41,208 nucleotides of DNA from Coriobacteriales bacterium (GTDB taxonomy: Bacteria; Actinomycetota; Coriobacteriia; Anaerosomatales; JACRBU01), in NCBI GenBank assembly GCA_016213085.1, contig JACRBU010000171.1, forward strand, positions 1 through 41,208, given 5' to 3'. Below the pieces are notes generated by a model. It was not told the origin of the DNA. It ran no database searches and worked only from the letters and a program-made list of their open reading frames with translations. Below, one piece after another: positions 15,993-24,529 of this stretch (the first letter of the stretch is position 1; each line of letters begins with the position of its first letter). The translations under genes were made by a program, and so were the position numbers.

Positions 15993-16661
15993 ATGGGCGA
16001 GATGCACGTGGTGATCGGGGGATACGGCCGAGTCGGTCGCACCCTGGCGTTGGAACTCGAATCCCAAGGCCACAGCGTCGCCGTCATCGATCACAGCCTC
16101 ACCGCGTTCGAGGACTTGGACGACGGTTTCGTCGGGGCGAAGATCATCGGCACCGTCTTCGACCGCGGCACGCTCGAGGCCGCGGGAATCGAGCGTGCCG
16201 ACGTGTTCGCCGCGGTGACAAGTGGCGACAACTCGAACATCGTTGCGGCACGGGTCGCTCGCGAGGAGTACGGGGTCACCCGAGTCGTCGCACGGATCTT
16301 CGACCCGCGCCGCGCCGAGATCTACCGCAACCTCGGTATCCCGACGATCGCCAGCGTGTCGTGGACGAGCGCCCGGCTCGCCGACATGATCGCCCACCCT
16401 GGGATCGAGAGCGTCTATCAGTTCGGCAATGGCGAAGTGGTCCTGGTCGAGGTCGCCGCCTCCGACGGACTGTCCGGACGCACCATCGCCGACATCGAGG
16501 GGAGCGAGCCCGTTCAAGTCGCGAGCGTCATGAGGGCGGGTGGGGCCATCCTGCCTTCGGCGAGCTTCGTCGTCGAGCAGGACGATGCCGTCTACCTCAG
16601 CGTGAGCCGTGAGAACCTCGCGGAGCTGGTGGAGCGCTTCACACGAAGGGACCCCTCATGA
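15993..16661 (+). CDS. trkA: TrkA/KtrA-type RCK protein (TrkA_N + TrkA_C), pair 1 member A
   Basis: 'VVIGGYGRVGRTLALEL' is a Rossmann GxGxxG motif, followed by 'VTSGDNSNIVAA'. The C-terminal RCK_C segment is 'LSGRTIADIE...VYLSV'. An alternative ATG lies at 16002. Confidence 0.85.
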   Translation: MGEMHVVIGGYGRVGRTLALELESQGHSVAVIDHSLTAFEDLDDGFVGAKIIGTVFDRGTLEAAGIERADVFAAVTSGDNSNIVAARVAREEYGVTRVVARIFDPRRAEIYRNLGIPTIASVSWTSARLADMIAHPGIESVYQFGNGEVVLVEVAASDGLSGRTIADIEGSEPVQVASVMRAGGAILPSASFVVEQDDAVYLSVSRENLAELVERFTRRDPS

Positions 16662-17332
16662 GGCTCCTCATCGTCGGTGGCGGCAAGACGGGCACCTATC
16701 TCGTTCGGAAGCTCCGGGGCGAGCACGAGATAACCGTGATCGAAGAGCGCTCCGACCACGCGGAGCTCTTTCGGCGGCACGTGCCGGACGTGACGATCCT
16801 GCGCGGTGACGGGTGCGAGCCGAACGTGCTCGAGCGCGCGGGCATCATCGACGTCGACTTAGTCGCAGCGCTCACCGGCGACGACGAGGACAACCTCGTC
16901 GTGTCGCTGCTCTCGAAGCAGACCTTCGGCGTGCCTCTGGTGTTCGCTCGCTGCAACCATCCGGACAACGAGTGGCTCTTCAACCGGAAGTGGGGCGTCG
17001 ACGTCGTCGTCTCGACCGCGAGCGTCATCGAGAGCCTCGTGCGCAAGGAAGTCCTCACCGGTGACACGGTCACGCTGCTGCAGATACACGCGGGCGACTT
17101 CGTGATCGACCAGCTCACGCTGCCCGAGGGAGCGAGCTCTGTCGGAAGGTCCATCGCGGAGCTGGAGCTGCCCGACAAGTCGCGCGTCATCACGATCACC
17201 TCGGCGGGCGAGGTCGACGTTCCGACGGGGGCGGCAGTACTTCGCAAGGGCGACGAGCTGCTGATCGTGACGCGCCCTGAGGACGAAGGCGCGCTGAGGC
17301 GGGCCTTCGGGGTGGAGGGGGAACTCCGCTGA
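16658..17332 (+). CDS. trkA: TrkA/KtrA-type RCK protein, pair 1 member B
   Basis: It shares an ATGA overlap with the preceding gene (16658-16661). The translation has 'LLIVGGGKTGTYLVRKL', 'LTGDDEDNLVVSLL' and the RCK_C segment 'SVGRSIAELELP...DELLIV'. Confidence 0.85.
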   Translation: MRLLIVGGGKTGTYLVRKLRGEHEITVIEERSDHAELFRRHVPDVTILRGDGCEPNVLERAGIIDVDLVAALTGDDEDNLVVSLLSKQTFGVPLVFARCNHPDNEWLFNRKWGVDVVVSTASVIESLVRKEVLTGDTVTLLQIHAGDFVIDQLTLPEGASSVGRSIAELELPDKSRVITITSAGEVDVPTGAAVLRKGDELLIVTRPEDEGALRRAFGVEGELR

Positions 17333-17430
17333 CGCGAGCGACACTACTGTCGCTTGAGCCAGGGCAGGAGACCCCGAGACCCCGGTGAATCCACTCCTAA
17401 GGCGAAGGCCGAACGCGCGAGCTTGGCGAG

Positions 17431-20331
17431 GTGGAGATGAGCGAGTTCACGGAAGGGTGCACCGGCAAGGAGTGCTCGCTGCTCCCGCCTTCCGCTGTGT
17501 TCGACTCGCTGGTGACCACCGAGTCCGGACTGACGTCGAGCGAAGCGGCCGACCGCCTCGAGCGCTTTGGCGCGAATGAGATTCGCGAGGTCAAGGGCAA
17601 GCCGATCATCCTGAAGTTCCTCGAGAACTTCTATCACCTCTTCGCGATCATGTTGTGGGTCGGCGGCATCCTGTCGTTCGTCGGTGGAATGCCCCAGCTC
17701 GGATGGGCCATCTTCGCGGTCATCTTCATCAACGCGATCTTCTCGTTCTGGCAGGAGTTCAAGGCAGAGAAGGCCACCGAGGCCCTCAAGCGCCTTATTC
17801 CGAGGAACGTGAAGGTCATCCGTGACGGCCAGACGAAGCAGATCTCCGCAGTCGACCTGGTTCCCGGCGATCTGATGGTCCTTGAGGAGGGCGATGCGAT
17901 ATCCGCTGATGCTCGCCTCATCGAGGAGTTCGAGCTACGAACGAACAACGCAACGCTTACCGGTGAGTCCGAACCCGTGCGCAAGAGCGCGACGCCCCAT
18001 GAGAAGCAGGGGCTGACCGAGATCGAGATGCCGAACCTCGTTTTCGCTGGGACCTCGGTCGCATATGGCGGAGGTAAGGCGGTCGTGTACGCGACCGGGA
18101 TGCAGACGCAGTTCGGCAAGATCGCGGAGTTGACCCAGAACGTCGAGACCGAACTCAGTCCGCTCCAGAAGGAGATGAGCAAGGTCGTCCAGCTCGTCGC
18201 GATCTTGGCCACCGCATTGGGCGTGGCCTTCTTCCTGCTTGGCTACTACGTTGTCGGGCTCGGGCTGATGGAAGGGTTCGTCTTCGCCGTCGGCATCATC
18301 GTCGCCAATGTCCCCGAGGGGCTGCTTCCGACCGTGAGCCTCTCGCTGGCGATGGGTGTGCAGCGGATGGCGGGCCGCAACGCGCTCATCAAGAAGCTCT
18401 CGTCTGTGGAGACCCTCGGCAGTACCACGGTCATCTGCACTGATAAGACCGGTACGCTCACGAAGAACGAGATGACCGTCAAGGACCTCTGGGTCGACGG
18501 GCAGCACATCGAGGTGGCTGGCGGGGGCTACGAACCGCAAGGCGGCTTTTCGCACGCGGGCGAGCCGCTCACCGAGCGGCAGCGCGACGCGCTCGAACTG
18601 CTGATGCGATCCGCTGCGTTGTGCAACAACGCGCGCCTCATCGAGCCGGATTCCAGTGAAGGTTCGTGGACGATACTCGGCGATCCTACCGAAGCGGCCC
18701 TGTTGGTGGCAGCGAAGAAGGCCGGGTTCGACTACGAGTCGGAGTTGGAGCGCAACCGGCGCATTTTCGAGCTCCCCTTCGATTCCGTACGCAAGCGGAT
18801 GACGACGATCCACATGCACAAGTTCGCGCGCATCGGCTACGTCAAAGGCGCGCCCAAGGAAGTCATCGACCTGTGCACGAAAGTCGCGATTCCCGATGGC
18901 ATCGTGCCCATGGACGAGTCGTTCCGCGAGAAGGCCGTCGCGCAGAACGATGCGTTCGCCAGAGACGGGCTCCGTGTGCTGGCGATGGCGTATCGGCCCA
19001 TCCAAGACGACGAAGACGAGTACTCACCCCTGGTGACCGAGAAGGACCTGGTGTTCGTCGGATTGATGGCGATGATGGATCCACCCCGAGACGAGGTTCG
19101 TGAGGCGGTCCATCAATGCCACACCGCGGGCATCCGGATCATCATGATCACGGGAGACTACGGACTCACCGCTGAATCGATCGCACGACGGATCGGCATC
19201 GTGCAGGGCGACGCCAGAATCATCACGGGCAACGAGCTCAACCGAATAGAACTCCCGGAGCTTGAGGCTGCGCTCGCGGGAGGAGAGGTCTTGTTCGCGC
19301 GCGTTTCGCCCGAGCACAAGATGCAGATCGCCAAGGCACTCAAGGAGATGGGGAACGTCGTCGCGATGACTGGCGACGGTGTCAACGACGCGCCCGCGCT
19401 CAAGGTCGCGGATATCGGGGTCGCGATGGGAATCGCGGGCACCGACGTGGCCAAGGAAGCGGCGGACATGATCCTTACCGACGACAACTTCGCAAGCATC
19501 GTGCACGCGATCGAGGAAGGCCGCGCCGTCTTCGACAATATCCGGCGGTTCGTCGGCTACATCTTCACGAGCAACATCCCGGAGATCGTGCCCTTCCTCC
19601 TGATGGTCATGTTCCGAATCCCGTTGGCCCTGACCGTCATGCAGATCCTGGCGATCGACCTGGGGACCGATATGATTCCGGCGCTAGCCCTCGGAACGGA
19701 GGCGCCCGAGCCGGGAATCATGCAAAGGCCTCCGCGACCACGCAAGGAGCGGCTGCTCAACAAAGGCATCCTGATTCGCTCGTACCTCTTCCTCGGAGTG
19801 ATCCAGGCTGCCGTCTGCATGCTGGCGTTCTTCTTCCTGTACTGGGTGAACGGCTGGCGGCCCGGCATGGACATGTTCGCGTTCGGGGAGATCGCTGTCG
19901 CTGGATCGACCGTCTACATCCTGGCGACGACGATGACGCATGGCGCGGTGATGACCACTCAGATCGGTAACGGCTTCGCGCAGCGGACCAACGTGCAGTC
20001 GGTGTTCAAGGTCGGGTTCTTCTCGAACCGCTTCCTCCTGTGGGGCATTCTCATCGAGATCATCATGTTCGCGGCACTCGTCTATGTGCCGGGGCTTGCG
20101 GGCGTGTTCCATCACGGACCGATCAACCTGTGGCCGGACTGGGCGTTCCTGTTCATGCTCGCCCCGACGCTTCTCGTTGCGGACGAGATTCGGAAGTTCT
20201 TCGTGCGGAGACGTCTCGCGAAAACGGCGGAAGTCATGGAGACTGATGGAGCGCAGGCCGCGATGGCCAACGTCGCGCACGCGGTGTCGGCGGCGGCCGA
20301 ACCGGCAGCGATCGAGGAGGGCACGACGTGA
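17431..20331 (+). CDS. P-type cation-transporting ATPase, P2 class with Na+,K+/H+,K+-ATPase-alpha-like ion-site motifs
   Basis: The core motifs are 'LTGESEPV', 'ICTDKTGTLTKNEMTV', 'MITGDYGLTA' and 'TGDGVNDAPALK'. TM4 reads 'VANVPEGLLPTVSLSLA', TM5 'YIFTSNIPEIVPFL' and TM6 'LAIDLGTDMIPALALGTE'. The start is GTG 17431 or ATG 17437. Confidence 0.9.
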   Translation: MEMSEFTEGCTGKECSLLPPSAVFDSLVTTESGLTSSEAADRLERFGANEIREVKGKPIILKFLENFYHLFAIMLWVGGILSFVGGMPQLGWAIFAVIFINAIFSFWQEFKAEKATEALKRLIPRNVKVIRDGQTKQISAVDLVPGDLMVLEEGDAISADARLIEEFELRTNNATLTGESEPVRKSATPHEKQGLTEIEMPNLVFAGTSVAYGGGKAVVYATGMQTQFGKIAELTQNVETELSPLQKEMSKVVQLVAILATALGVAFFLLGYYVVGLGLMEGFVFAVGIIVANVPEGLLPTVSLSLAMGVQRMAGRNALIKKLSSVETLGSTTVICTDKTGTLTKNEMTVKDLWVDGQHIEVAGGGYEPQGGFSHAGEPLTERQRDALELLMRSAALCNNARLIEPDSSEGSWTILGDPTEAALLVAAKKAGFDYESELERNRRIFELPFDSVRKRMTTIHMHKFARIGYVKGAPKEVIDLCTKVAIPDGIVPMDESFREKAVAQNDAFARDGLRVLAMAYRPIQDDEDEYSPLVTEKDLVFVGLMAMMDPPRDEVREAVHQCHTAGIRIIMITGDYGLTAESIARRIGIVQGDARIITGNELNRIELPELEAALAGGEVLFARVSPEHKMQIAKALKEMGNVVAMTGDGVNDAPALKVADIGVAMGIAGTDVAKEAADMILTDDNFASIVHAIEEGRAVFDNIRRFVGYIFTSNIPEIVPFLLMVMFRIPLALTVMQILAIDLGTDMIPALALGTEAPEPGIMQRPPRPRKERLLNKGILIRSYLFLGVIQAAVCMLAFFFLYWVNGWRPGMDMFAFGEIAVAGSTVYILATTMTHGAVMTTQIGNGFAQRTNVQSVFKVGFFSNRFLLWGILIEIIMFAALVYVPGLAGVFHHGPINLWPDWAFLFMLAPTLLVADEIRKFFVRRRLAKTAEVMETDGAQAAMANVAHAVSAAAEPAAIEEGTT

Positions 20332-20975
20332 GGATCGTCATCGGCGGGTGCGGCAGGGTCGGTGCGCTTCTGACCGCCCGGTTCGAATCGCAGGGGTACG
20401 AGGTCGCGGTCATCGACAAAGACCCGTCGAGCTTCAAGCGCCTGGGCAAGGGATTCAAAGGAGACACGGTCCGAGGCATGGTCTTCGATCGCGAGGCTCT
20501 CGATGCCGCCGGAATCGACCGCTGCGACTCGTACGTAGCTGTCACAAGTGGTGACAACTCGAACATAGTCTCCGCGACGGTGGCGCGAGACGTATTCCGC
20601 GTGCCGAAGGTCGTCGCCAGGATCTTCGATCCCCGACGCGCACAGATCTACCGGCGCCTTGGAATCCAGACGGTCTCCTCGGTGTCGTGGGCGGCGAACG
20701 AGATACTCTCGCTGGTCATGCATCAGGCGCTTGTTCGCGATGTTGTCCTGGGTGACGGTGAAGTGCAACTTGTGAAGTTCTCCGTGCCGCCTCGTCTCAC
20801 CGGGCGTACCCTCGCTGACCTTTCGAGCCCGGGAGAGCTTCTGCCCGTGGCAGTCGTACGCGGCGGACAATCGTTCATCGCGACATCGCAGGCTGAGATT
20901 CGTGAAGGCGACATCGTCGAGGTAGCCGTGCTGACGACGGCGATGGACCGATTCCAGCGCCTCATCGCTCCGTAG
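20328..20975 (+). CDS. trkA: TrkA/KtrA-type RCK protein, pair 2 member A (paralog of 15993..16661)
   Basis: Its GTG overlaps the ATPase TGA (GTGA, 20328-20331) and GAGGAGG lies 7 nt upstream. The translation has 'IVIGGCGRVGALL', 'VTSGDNSNIVSA' and 'ARIFDPRRAQIY'. Confidence 0.85.
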   Translation: MRIVIGGCGRVGALLTARFESQGYEVAVIDKDPSSFKRLGKGFKGDTVRGMVFDREALDAAGIDRCDSYVAVTSGDNSNIVSATVARDVFRVPKVVARIFDPRRAQIYRRLGIQTVSSVSWAANEILSLVMHQALVRDVVLGDGEVQLVKFSVPPRLTGRTLADLSSPGELLPVAVVRGGQSFIATSQAEIREGDIVEVAVLTTAMDRFQRLIAP

Positions 20976-20983
20976 GAGGAAGC

Positions 20984-21661
20984 ATGCAGATCGTCATCGT
21001 AGGCGGCGGGAAGCTGGGGTCCCACCTCGCGCGTCTTCTGCGTAGCAAAGGCCACGCGATCATCCTCGTGGAGATCGATTCCGATCGCTGCGACCTGCTT
21101 TCGGAGTCCATGGGCGATGTGAGACTGGTGTGCGGCGACGGCGACGAACCGTACGTCCTCGACGAAGCTGACGTACGTGCGGCCGACGCGGTGATCGCCG
21201 CCACCGGCCACGACGAGGACAACCTCGTCGTGTGTCTGCTCGCGAGGCTGGAGTACCGAGTTCCTCTCACGATCGCCCGCATCAACAACCCCCGCAACCA
21301 GTGGCTGTTCGACGAGCGGTTCGGCGTCAACGTTCCTGTGTCCACCGCCGAGGTCATCGAGGGAATAGTCGAGAAGGAAGTGTCCCTCGGCGACATCGTG
21401 ACCCTGCTCCGGCTTCAGGCGGATGACATGGCGATCGAGGAGCTGACATTGCCGGAGGACGCGCGGTCGGTCGGAAAGACCATCGCGGAGGTCGGGCTAC
21501 CGGGGAGCACGCAGGTCATGGCGATCATCTCGGAAGGGAAGATCGTCGTCCCGCGCGGCGATACCGTACTCAAGGCGGAAGACCAGCTTCTCATCCTCGC
21601 CAAGAGCGATGAGGAGAAGGCGCTACAGCGCGCATTCGGCGTGCACTCCGAGCCGAGATAG
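20984..21661 (+). CDS. trkA: TrkA/KtrA-type RCK protein, pair 2 member B (paralog of 16658..17332)
   Basis: AGGAGGA lies upstream. The translation has 'IVIVGGGKLGSHLARLL', 'ATGHDEDNLVVCLL' and the RCK_C segment 'SVGKTIAEVGLP...DQLLIL'. Confidence 0.85.
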   Translation: MQIVIVGGGKLGSHLARLLRSKGHAIILVEIDSDRCDLLSESMGDVRLVCGDGDEPYVLDEADVRAADAVIAATGHDEDNLVVCLLARLEYRVPLTIARINNPRNQWLFDERFGVNVPVSTAEVIEGIVEKEVSLGDIVTLLRLQADDMAIEELTLPEDARSVGKTIAEVGLPGSTQVMAIISEGKIVVPRGDTVLKAEDQLLILAKSDEEKALQRAFGVHSEPR

Positions 21662-21721
21662 GGCGAGAATCTATCGCACCAGCAAGCGCGGACGATTAGC
21701 CCCGACAGTGCGAGGATTCGG

Positions 21722-23269
21722 ATGGACCTGAAGCGAGCGTTCTCATGGGGTGGCGGCTACGCGTTCGCGATCGGTTTGGTTGCCGTCACCATCGTCGTCT
21801 TGCTCCCATTCCGGACACTGCTGACCGCTCCGACGGCGATGCTGATGGTGGTTCCGGCAATCATCCTGATCGCACGCTTGTCGGGCATTCGCCCCGCGGC
21901 CGTTGCCTCGGTGGTCGGATTCCTTGCCCTGAACTTCCTGTTCGTGCCGCCGTACTACCGGCTCACGGTGGCCGACTACCAGGAGTGGATCGCGCTCCTC
22001 GTGTTTCTCACCGTCGCGCTTTTGATCGGGCAGCAAACCGCGCAGTTGCGCCAGAGGGAGCGATCCGCGCTAGACCGGCAGAGTGAGCTCGCGTTCCTCA
22101 ACGACCTGTCGTCTCGGATCGTGTCCGCCGACTCCGCGGTGGCGACCGCCGACTTCATCGTGCGCAGGTTGACGAGCGCACTCGGCGCCTCGCGTGCGGT
22201 GCTCTTCGTATCGCATGTCCCCGGCGAACCCATCGCGATCGCGGAAGCTGGCGCTGGGGGTTCGCCCGAGGAGCTCAGCTTCGCCGCCTGGGTCATGCGT
22301 AACAGCAAGGCCGTCGGTCTCGGTCCTCGCACGGGGGACTTTCCAGCTCCCGCATCGGTGGATCCGGGGGAGGCCGTGCCCGGTCTCGTCGCCAGAGGGA
22401 TCTACCTTCCCCTTCAGACTTCGGACTCTATCGAAGGCGTGCTGCACGTGGTTCTCGGTTCCGCTGCCCTCCAGGGGTCGACGTCGCGGCTGCTGGTCGC
22501 TGTCACGAACTTGGCCGCAGGGGCACTCGAGCGCCAGCGACTTGAGGAAAGCGCGTCCCGGATCGAAGCTCTCAAGGAAGCCGATCGGCTCAAGACGACC
22601 CTTGTCTCGTCCGTCTCCCACGAACTCAAGACACCCCTCGCCGCAGCGACCGCACGCGTCACGGGACTGATCGAAGAGGGCGGAGACCTCGCCCAGGACC
22701 GTCTGCGACAAGAGCTCGTCGCCGTCTCCGACGACCTGGGACGCCTCAACGACTCGATCGGCGACCTTCTCGACCTCTCGCGCCTGGAGTCCGACGCCTG
22801 GAGGCCACACGCTGAACCACACGAGATCGGCGACATCCTGGGGACGATGCTCTCCAGGTTCCCTGCCGAAAGGCGCGATCGCGTGCGGTTCGTCCTCCCG
22901 GAGGACCTCCCGCCGATATGCGCAGACTTCGCTCAGATCGCACGCGCGCTCTTCAACCTGGTTGAGAACGCTCTAGACTACTCGCCTTCGGGGACGTTTG
23001 TGACCGTTGGTGCCGAGTCCCGCGGTCCAGACGTCATCTCATGGGTTGAGGACGAAGGCCCAGGCGTTCCTGACGACGAGAAGAACAAGGTGTTCGAGAA
23101 GTTCTACAGAGGCCGCTGGGCGGAGTCAGCCCCAGCAGGCACCGGCCTGGGTCTTGCCATCTCCCGCGAGATCGTTCGCAACAACGCCGGCCGCATCTGG
23201 GTTGAAGACGTCAGCCCGCATGGCGCACGATTCCTTGTGGCCCTTCCGACTGCGAGCTCCAGGGGGTAA
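21722..23269 (+). CDS. kdpD: KdpD-type sensor histidine kinase lacking the N-terminal KdpD/Usp sensor (DUF4118 TM domain, GAF-like, HisKA, HATPase_c)
   Basis: It begins directly with the TM bundle ('...LLPFR..LLTAPTAMLMVVPAIILIARLSG...FLALNFLFVPPYYRLTV'). The H-box is 'SVSHELKTPL' and the G-box 'GTGLGLAISREIV'. It sits beside kdpE and kdpFABC. Confidence 0.8.
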   Translation: MDLKRAFSWGGGYAFAIGLVAVTIVVLLPFRTLLTAPTAMLMVVPAIILIARLSGIRPAAVASVVGFLALNFLFVPPYYRLTVADYQEWIALLVFLTVALLIGQQTAQLRQRERSALDRQSELAFLNDLSSRIVSADSAVATADFIVRRLTSALGASRAVLFVSHVPGEPIAIAEAGAGGSPEELSFAAWVMRNSKAVGLGPRTGDFPAPASVDPGEAVPGLVARGIYLPLQTSDSIEGVLHVVLGSAALQGSTSRLLVAVTNLAAGALERQRLEESASRIEALKEADRLKTTLVSSVSHELKTPLAAATARVTGLIEEGGDLAQDRLRQELVAVSDDLGRLNDSIGDLLDLSRLESDAWRPHAEPHEIGDILGTMLSRFPAERRDRVRFVLPEDLPPICADFAQIARALFNLVENALDYSPSGTFVTVGAESRGPDVISWVEDEGPGVPDDEKNKVFEKFYRGRWAESAPAGTGLGLAISREIVRNNAGRIWVEDVSPHGARFLVALPTASSRG

Positions 23270-23277
23270 CGAGGATC

Positions 23278-23982
23278 GTGGGCGCTCCAGAACGCAGACC
23301 GCGCGTTCTCGTCGTTGACGACGAGGAGCAGATTCGTCGAGCGCTGCGCTCGATTCTCCAGGCTCGGGCCTACGACGTCGAGCTCGCCGAGTCAGCCGAA
23401 GCTGCACTCGAAGCGACCGCAGAGCGCACGCCGGACATCGTGATCCTGGATCTGACCCTGCCCGGCATAAGCGGTCTCGAAGCAACCAAGGAACTTCGAG
23501 AGTGGTATCACGGTCCGATCATCGTGCTGTCGGTGCGTAGCGGCGATGAGGACAAGATCGCTGCGCTGGATTTCGGTGCCGACGACTACCTGACCAAGCC
23601 GTTCTCGACGGGGGAGCTACTCGCGCGCGTGCGAGCCCTTCTTCGAAGAACCGCCGGGGCCGACACGTCCGTCAACGAGATCGCCATCGGAGACGTGGCG
23701 GTCGACGCTGCTCGACGCGAGGTGCTCGTTCGAGGGGAAACCGTTCACCTGACTCGCACGGAGTTCGACATCCTCGTGCTGCTCATGCGCAATGCCGGCA
23801 GAGTCGTGACCGCCAACATGCTGCTCGAACGGGTCTGGGGGCCTGAGTACTTCGGCGACACTCAGACGCTTCGAGCCCACGTCTCGCATCTGCGGAAGAA
23901 GATCGAGCGTCCCGGTGACGTGCCTCGCCACGTCCTTACGGAACCTGGCGTCGGGTTTCGTTTCGTCGGGCCCGACGAGTAG
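23278..23982 (+). CDS. kdpE: OmpR-family response regulator KdpE
   Basis: The translation has 'RVLVVDDEEQIRRAL', 'IVILDLTLPGISG', 'IIVLSVRS', 'DDYLTKPFSTGEL' and 'LTEPGVGFRF'. It lies immediately downstream of the kdpD-type kinase. Confidence 0.85.
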   Translation: MGAPERRPRVLVVDDEEQIRRALRSILQARAYDVELAESAEAALEATAERTPDIVILDLTLPGISGLEATKELREWYHGPIIVLSVRSGDEDKIAALDFGADDYLTKPFSTGELLARVRALLRRTAGADTSVNEIAIGDVAVDAARREVLVRGETVHLTRTEFDILVLLMRNAGRVVTANMLLERVWGPEYFGDTQTLRAHVSHLRKKIERPGDVPRHVLTEPGVGFRFVGPDE

Positions 23983-24168
23983 TCGTTCGCCCTTCGGGTG
24001 GCTCGTGCGCTCGTCCGCACTCCGTGAGGTAGGAGTCCCGCGTCCCGCGCAGAAGCCAACCTTCACGGATTCTTCACAGCTTGCGCGTTCCGCTTCACAC
24101 CATCACAACAGGAGCGCTCGCATACTCACGGAGTGAGTGCGGGACGCCTACCGGCACTGGGAGTCCAC

Positions 24169-24288
24169 ATGCCAATCGTAGTACCGATACTCATGCTCGT
24201 CACGATCGCCGCCGTCGGCTTGACGTGGGTGAGCATGACCAGACGCGAGAACGGCTCGCCGTATCGCGAGCGCGAGCGGAAGCGCTAG
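24169..24288 (+). CDS. Candidate 39-aa single-TM peptide (MPIVVPILMLVTIAAVGLTWVSMTRRENGSPYRERERKR)
   Basis: This ORF falls below the track's size cutoff. GGGAG lies 5 nt upstream of the ATG. The peptide has a hydrophobic N-terminus and a basic tail, and it sits in the kdpE-kdpF spacer. Confidence 0.25.
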   Translation: MPIVVPILMLVTIAAVGLTWVSMTRRENGSPYRERERKR

Positions 24289-24329
24289 TCGGTCCGCCGG
24301 ACCGGCTGTCTTCGAATCCTGGAGGAGAG

Positions 24330-24434
24330 ATGAACGTCTTGTTCGACATGCTCGTCGTCGCCGGAGTCGCGCTGTTCCTTGGCGTGTGCATGGGCTACGT
24401 GCAGCTCGCGGATCAGGTGGTGGGTGGCCGATGA
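24330..24434 (+). CDS. Candidate 34-aa single-TM peptide (MNVLFDMLVVAGVALFLGVCMGYVQLADQVVGGR)
   Basis: A strong GGAGGAG lies just upstream. Its stop overlaps the kdpF start (ATGA, 24431-24434). Confidence 0.35.
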   Translation: MNVLFDMLVVAGVALFLGVCMGYVQLADQVVGGR

Positions 24435-24520
24435 GCGCGGACGCGATCGTCGTCGGCATCGTCGCCTTCGGCGTTCTTGTCTACCTGGTTTGGGCGCTCA
24501 TCAACCCCGAGAAGCTCTAG
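24431..24520 (+). CDS. kdpF: KdpF, small stabilising subunit of the Kdp ATPase
   Basis: The 29-aa product 'MSADAIVVGIVAFGVLVYLVWALINPEKL' matches the KdpF pattern (hydrophobic helix followed by YLxxALxxPE+). It ends 9 nt before kdpA. Confidence 0.7.
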   Translation: MSADAIVVGIVAFGVLVYLVWALINPEKL

Positions 24521-24529
24521 GGAGCTTTC

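Noticed and set aside
23983-24168. Looked for a c-di-AMP (ydaO/kimA) riboswitch upstream of the kdp structural genes, and likewise at 15857..15992 upstream of the first trkA
   Set aside because: I recognised no pseudo-two-fold ACGGGGA/CCCG-type core. Only short GC hairpins are present, and I cannot claim a riboswitch without a covariance-model search.
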